Position numbers and translations under genes: made by a program. DNA of 64,000 bases from Candidatus Saccharimonadales bacterium (GTDB lineage: Bacteria; Patescibacteriota; UBA1384; 2-12-FULL-50-11), in contig DATIHX010000003.1 of assembly GCA_035480235.1 (NCBI GenBank), positions 21,514 through 85,513 on the forward strand, read 5' to 3'. This document shows positions 60,428 through 64,000 of this stretch, piece after piece. Below the pieces are notes generated by a model that saw only the letters and a list, made by a program, of their open reading frames with translations, was not told the DNA's origin and searched no databases. The first letter of the stretch is position 1. Each line of letters opens with the position of its first letter.

Positions 60428-60436
60428 AGGTTCACG
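60409..60436 (-). terminator. Hairpin plus U-run after rpsT that contains the lepB start codon
   Basis: The minus strand reads CGTGAACC-TATGCCC-GGTTCACG-TTTTT. The lepB ATG (60427..60425) lies in the loop. Confidence 0.55.
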
Positions 60437-60463
60437 TTACGTTTTTTTAGCCCAACCGGCTAG

Positions 60464-60811
60464 TTACTTTTTGGTAGTTTTCTTAGCAGCAACCTTTTTT
60501 GGAGCGGCTTTCCCGCCCTGAGCTTGTCGAACGGGTTTAGTAGTGGCTTTAGCTTTAACGCTCTCGCCTTTGGTCGTTTTCGGTTTAATAGTGCCAACTT
60601 TTTTAGCGATCTGGCCTTTCAGGCGAGCGGCTTTGTTGGGGTGGAAGATCCCCCATTTAGCGCCTTTATCGATCATCGAGATGGCGCCAGCAGCGCTGTC
60701 GGCCGAGACATTTTTCAGCGCTTCTTTAATTACCGCCTTGCGGTGGCGGTTGACGGCGGTTTTGCGCACGGAGACGCGCCAGGATTTTTTAGCAGATTTC
60801 GAAATTGGCAT
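60464..60811 (-). CDS. rpsT: 30S ribosomal protein S20 with a Lys-rich C-terminal extension
   Basis: MPISKSAKKSWRVSVRKTAVNRHRKAVIKEALK... 115 aa, against about 87 aa typically. Confidence 0.85.
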   Translation of the reverse strand: MPISKSAKKSWRVSVRKTAVNRHRKAVIKEALKNVSADSAAGAISMIDKGAKWGIFHPNKAARLKGQIAKKVGTIKPKTTKGESVKAKATTKPVRQAQGGKAAPKKVAAKKTTKK

Positions 60812-60921
60812 TCTCCGACAAGCTTACCTGAAATTTGGAAAAGTGTAAATAACCCGCTTGTCGAATTTTCAATTATCAATAATCAATTTTCAAATAATAT
60901 CCAATGTATCAATATTCAATC

Positions 60922-60957
60922 AAAAGAAAAAGCCCGCGGCCGGTGAAGGCTGCGGGC
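60922..60957 (-). terminator. Rho-independent terminator
   Basis: GCCCGC (60932..60937) pairs with GCGGGC (60952..60957). The minus strand continues TTTTTCTTTT. Confidence 0.7.
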
Positions 60958-60965
60958 AATGAAGA

Positions 60966-61424
60966 CTAGATAAGCTGAAGGTAGTAAAGCGAAAGACCTC
61001 CAGATCCAACTGTGACGGGGGTGATGAATCGCGGCTTTTTTTCAGTCGCATCCCACTCCACGATCGCTGCGAAAGGGCTTACGGTGAATTGACCATCTTC
61101 ACCCCTCTCTAAACGTTTCTGACGGACTTCCGCCACCTCATCGATTACTCGGGCCCTTAGATAAAGTACCGTCCCAATTCGGCCTCTGTAAACAGTGTCG
61201 CCACTAGCGCAATAAACTCGTTTACCAACAAACTTCTCAATGTACGTTCTCGAGATTGCTGCTCGCTCAGCGGGTGTCTTGCCTAGCGTACCATTGCCGG
61301 ACTTAATATAGGTTATTAGCCTTCCGGCGGCGTTTTTGGTTAGGGACCGTGGCGGAACCTTGACGCCAAGTTGTCTTAGCATCTCCCACTGACCATCCGT
61401 AATCATCTGAGTCATTGATGCCAT
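60966..61424 (-). CDS. Hypothetical protein (152 aa)
   Basis: ATG at 61424 preceded by GGAGGAAGG. Terminator downstream. No family recognised. Confidence 0.55.
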   Translation of the reverse strand: MASMTQMITDGQWEMLRQLGVKVPPRSLTKNAAGRLITYIKSGNGTLGKTPAERAAISRTYIEKFVGKRVYCASGDTVYRGRIGTVLYLRARVIDEVAEVRQKRLERGEDGQFTVSPFAAIVEWDATEKKPRFITPVTVGSGGLSLYYLQLI

Positions 61425-61518
61425 TTTCCTTCCTCCTGTGAAGAACAATTACTGCCGAAACTATACCTGATTTCTTGGTTAAGGTCAAGGGGTTTTGGCC
61501 GTTTCGGAAACTTAAGCC

Positions 61519-61546
61519 TTGAAGCGAATATTTTTTTCTCTATACT
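61519..61546 (+). promoter_or_regulatory. Putative promoter (TTGAAG, 16-nt spacer, TATACT) giving a leaderless or near-leaderless mRNA
   Basis: The -10 is at 61541..61546 and the ATG at 61555. No SD lies between them. Confidence 0.5.
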
Positions 61547-61554
61547 GACTTCAG

Positions 61555-62769
61555 ATGGAATTAACGCCGAAAGCCCAAGCCGCCGAACTAATCCGCGCCT
61601 CAAACAAGGTTTTAATTCTGACCCACTCGAACCCAGACGGCGACGCCGTCGGCAGCTCGCTCGCTCTCTCGCTCGCCCTCAAAAAACTCAACAAAGAACC
61701 GGAAGTCGCCTTTTTCGGCGAAATCCCAGAAGTTGTCAGCTTCCTCCCCGCTTTCGACCAAGCTAAAACCGAACTCTCGGCTTCTAATGAAGTGGTGATC
61801 ACCATCGATACGCGCCAAACCGGCGAGGATTTACGTTTGGGCCAGAAAAAACTAGCCGATAAACATCAGCTGATGATTGTGGTCACGCCGCAAAAAGGCG
61901 TGCTGCTGCCCGAGGACGTCACCGTTACCCGTTCCCGGCCAAAGTACGACTTGGTGATTATTTTAGATACCAGCTCGGTCGAGCTGCTCGGCGATATCTA
62001 TAAAGATGTGCCGGAGCTGTTTTTCGAGACGCCGACGGTTAACATCGACCACCACGCCACTAACTCGTATTTCGGCAAAGTGAACTGGGTGGATATGACG
62101 GCTACTTCGACCGCTGAGATGATGGTCTCGCTGATCGAATCGCTCGGTCGCAGCGAAGTATTGCTCGACGCCGATATTGCCACCGCCTTACTAACCGGCT
62201 TACTGACCGATACTAACAGCTTCCAAAACCAAAATACGACGCCGAAATCCCTGACCGTGGCCGCCCAACTCGTGGCTGCCGGCGCCCGCCAGCAAGAAAT
62301 TATTGAGAAAATTTTCAAAACCAAAAAACTGGCGACGCTCAAACTTTGGGGCAAAATTCTGTCGAATCTAAAAGAAGAGCCGGAACTAAAGTTCGCTTGG
62401 ACGACCGTTGACGAAGCCGAGATGAAAGCGGCTGGGGTGGAAGATCACTCGACCGGCGGCTTTATCGATGATTTGCTCCGAACGGCCGCTGGGCTCGATT
62501 TTGTTTTACTTCTGAAAGAGAAAAACGGCGCCATTCGCGGTTCGCTGCGAGCCGTTAGCCAAGACTACAACGTTGCCGAGATCGCTCAGGTTTTTGGCGG
62601 CGGCGGGCACGTGGCGGCGGCCGGTTTTGGTGTGGAGGGAACGCTGGAGGAGAAAAAAGCCGAAATTATCGAGAAAGTGCGAGGACACGTCCGCCCCGGT
62701 CAAGCAGCTTCGGCTGAGCCAACCAAAGAAGAACCCGTCTCAATCGCCGCCTTGGCCGACGAACACTAA
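61555..62769 (+). CDS. DHH/DHHA1 phosphoesterase (NrnA-like oligoribonuclease/pAp phosphatase)
   Basis: ILTHSNPDGDAVGSSLAL, NIDHH, DTNSF, GGGHVAAAGF. 404 aa. Confidence 0.8.
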   Translation: MELTPKAQAAELIRASNKVLILTHSNPDGDAVGSSLALSLALKKLNKEPEVAFFGEIPEVVSFLPAFDQAKTELSASNEVVITIDTRQTGEDLRLGQKKLADKHQLMIVVTPQKGVLLPEDVTVTRSRPKYDLVIILDTSSVELLGDIYKDVPELFFETPTVNIDHHATNSYFGKVNWVDMTATSTAEMMVSLIESLGRSEVLLDADIATALLTGLLTDTNSFQNQNTTPKSLTVAAQLVAAGARQQEIIEKIFKTKKLATLKLWGKILSNLKEEPELKFAWTTVDEAEMKAAGVEDHSTGGFIDDLLRTAAGLDFVLLLKEKNGAIRGSLRAVSQDYNVAEIAQVFGGGGHVAAAGFGVEGTLEEKKAEIIEKVRGHVRPGQAASAEPTKEEPVSIAALADEH

Positions 62770-62774
62770 TACCT

Positions 62775-62796
62775 GTTGAAGCCGTTCAACTTTTTT
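62775..62796 (+). terminator. Rho-independent terminator
   Basis: GTTGAA-GCCG-TTCAAC followed by TTTTTT. Confidence 0.65.
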
Positions 62797-62815
62797 GCTA
62801 AGATTACGAGTATCA

Positions 62816-63181
62816 ATGCCAAAGAAAACTACTAAAGCTGCCCCGGAAGAGACGCCGGCAATCAAAAAAGAAGCCAAAGCCGAGAAGGCCACTAAACCAA
62901 CTATTAAAGCTGTTGGCCCCGGCGACAAAAAGAAGGCTGGCGCCATCAAGAAATTCCAGAACCACGCTAACGACACCGGCTCCACCGATGTCCAAGTGGC
63001 GGTTTTAACTGAGAAAATCAATCAGCTCTCGCAGCACTTGGCCGAGCACAAAAAAGATAACGACTCGCGCTCCGGTCTTTTAAAAATGATCTCCCATCGC
63101 CGCTCGCTCCTCACCTACCTCGAGAAACGTCACCCGGACCAGTACAAGAAAGTCATTGCCCAGCTCGGTCTGCGTAAGTAA
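62816..63181 (+). CDS. rpsO: 30S ribosomal protein S15 with a Lys-rich N-terminal extension
   Basis: ATG at 62816. MPKKTTKAAPEE...(about 32 extra aa)...NDTGSTDVQVAVLTEKINQLSQHLAEHKKDNDSRSGLLKMISHRRSLLTYL. Confidence 0.85.
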   Translation: MPKKTTKAAPEETPAIKKEAKAEKATKPTIKAVGPGDKKKAGAIKKFQNHANDTGSTDVQVAVLTEKINQLSQHLAEHKKDNDSRSGLLKMISHRRSLLTYLEKRHPDQYKKVIAQLGLRK

Positions 63182-63227
63182 CCATTGACGGGTGGGTGTA
63201 AAATGGGTACTATTAAGGTACTAAAAC

Positions 63228-63262
63228 GCCCTGTGAGGCCTCTGGCATTTGCAGGGCTTTTT
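63228..63262 (+). terminator. Probable terminator after rpsO
   Basis: GCCCTG (63228..63233) pairs with CAGGGC (63252..63257), followed by TTTTT. The loop is long (18 nt). Confidence 0.5.
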
Positions 63263-63281
63263 ACGTACTCTAGTGCTATTA

Positions 63282-64000
63282 ATGTCACGAGTCGCAATCT
63301 TGATTGATGGTAGTAACTTTTATTTCAAGTTAAAAGACTTGAAGCTAAACAAACAACTAAATTTTGACTTTCGCGCTTTCGGTCAATTTCTTGCCGGCTC
63401 AGATAAAATTGTCGACGCCTGCTATTACGTTGGTCGTATCAAACAAGATGGCACCAAAAGAACGGAAGAGTTGTTTGCCAGTCAGCAACGACTAATGGCA
63501 CTACTCAAAAAATCTGGCTTTCGTTACAGCCTTGGTTACCTGATGAAAAACGACGGGAAATACCATGAGAAGGGCGTAGACGTTCAAATTGCGACTGATT
63601 TGTTAGTTGCCGCCTATGAAAACCAATGCGACAAAATTATTTTAGTTTCCTCGGACACTGATTTGGCGCCAGCAATTAAAAAAGCTCGGCAAAAAGGCAA
63701 GCAGGTTGAATATATCGGTTTTTCTCATCAGCCTAGCGTGGCGATGGTCAGTTTCTGCTCGACAACTCGTCTGTTGACCGAGGAAGATGTGAGAGGGCTA
63801 ATGCTTATTACCGGAATAGTATTGGACGAAAGTTTAAAGACCGTCCCGGTCACGATAAGGGTGGTAAAAAAAGAGAAGTGGTTGGTTACTAACGCCACCA
63901 AGAGTCAATCCAACCAATGGACGGCGCTACATTTTGAGGGCAGTGAAAAAAAGGCGAAAGAGATAGTAGAGTCTTTCAGTCAGTCGCTCAAGCCCGGCCC
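63282..64000 (+). CDS. NYN-domain (LabA/DUF88-like) protein, C-terminus beyond the window
   Basis: Own translation: MSRVAILIDGSNFYFKLKD...KGVDVQIATDLLVAAYENQCDKIILVSSDTDLAPAIKKARQKGKQVEYIGF. The frame is open to position 64000. Confidence 0.75.
   Translation, partial: MSRVAILIDGSNFYFKLKDLKLNKQLNFDFRAFGQFLAGSDKIVDACYYVGRIKQDGTKRTEELFASQQRLMALLKKSGFRYSLGYLMKNDGKYHEKGVDVQIATDLLVAAYENQCDKIILVSSDTDLAPAIKKARQKGKQVEYIGFSHQPSVAMVSFCSTTRLLTEEDVRGLMLITGIVLDESLKTVPVTIRVVKKEKWLVTNATKSQSNQWTALHFEGSEKKAKEIVESFSQSLKPG

Noticed and set aside
1-64000. Alternative genetic code, for example UGA recoding as in some CPR lineages.
   Set aside because: Recognisable genes terminate at TGA, TAA and TAG at the expected lengths (for example the ATGA overlaps), and no in-frame stops interrupt conserved proteins.

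Overview
This window looks like the replication-origin neighbourhood of a small bacterial genome, probably Patescibacteria/CPR-like. That assignment is inferred from gene content and was not checked against any database.

Layout:
- 1-11.8 kb: a cell-surface glycan cluster with an NDP-sugar dehydratase and epimerase, four glycosyltransferases, two O-antigen-ligase-like proteins and a Wzx flippase.
- 11.8-14.2 kb: a membrane-anchored cohesin-like surface protein next to a dockerin-bearing putative murein hydrolase.
- 14.8-16.1 kb: a small islet bounded by tRNA-Ser genes.
- 16.3-21.4 kb: a PilB/GspE-type ATPase lying tail-to-tail with an operon of a solute-binding protein plus four TrbC/VirB2-like pilin paralogs.
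- 21.5-24.4 kb: hsp20, comF, tRNA-Ser, a PD-(D/E)XK endonuclease-like gene, and a tRNA-Arg locus containing truncated 5' tRNA copies.
- 24.6-30.6 kb: the origin core (yidC, yidD, rnpA, rpmH | DnaA boxes | dnaA, dnaN, recF, DUF721).
- 30.6-45.9 kb: a tightly packed 9-gene minus-strand operon with VirB4, PrgI/VirB3-like and VirB6-like genes, three different murein-hydrolase-type modules and a 1471-aa secreted giant. No relaxase, coupling protein or integrase is visible.
- 46-64 kb: housekeeping genes (valS, tsaD, femAB-like, murE, polA, holA, lepB, rpsT, nrnA-like, rpsO, NYN) interspersed with orphan genes that carry their own promoters and terminators.

Main candidates for a second look:
1. The relaxase-less T4SS-like operon and its pilin operon, which sit on opposite sides of oriC.
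2. An imperfectly palindromic element (126-162 nt in its two copies) that is orientation-locked to transcription. It occurs in two operon spacers, has in-frame fragments inside virB4 and valS, and has arms flanking a four-helix-bundle (IVS-protein-like) gene.
3. Truncated tRNA 5' copies with a covarying hairpin, next to a homing-endonuclease-like gene.
4. The cohesin/dockerin pair.

All family assignments come from reading motifs by eye. No HMM, BLAST or RNA-folding software was run.
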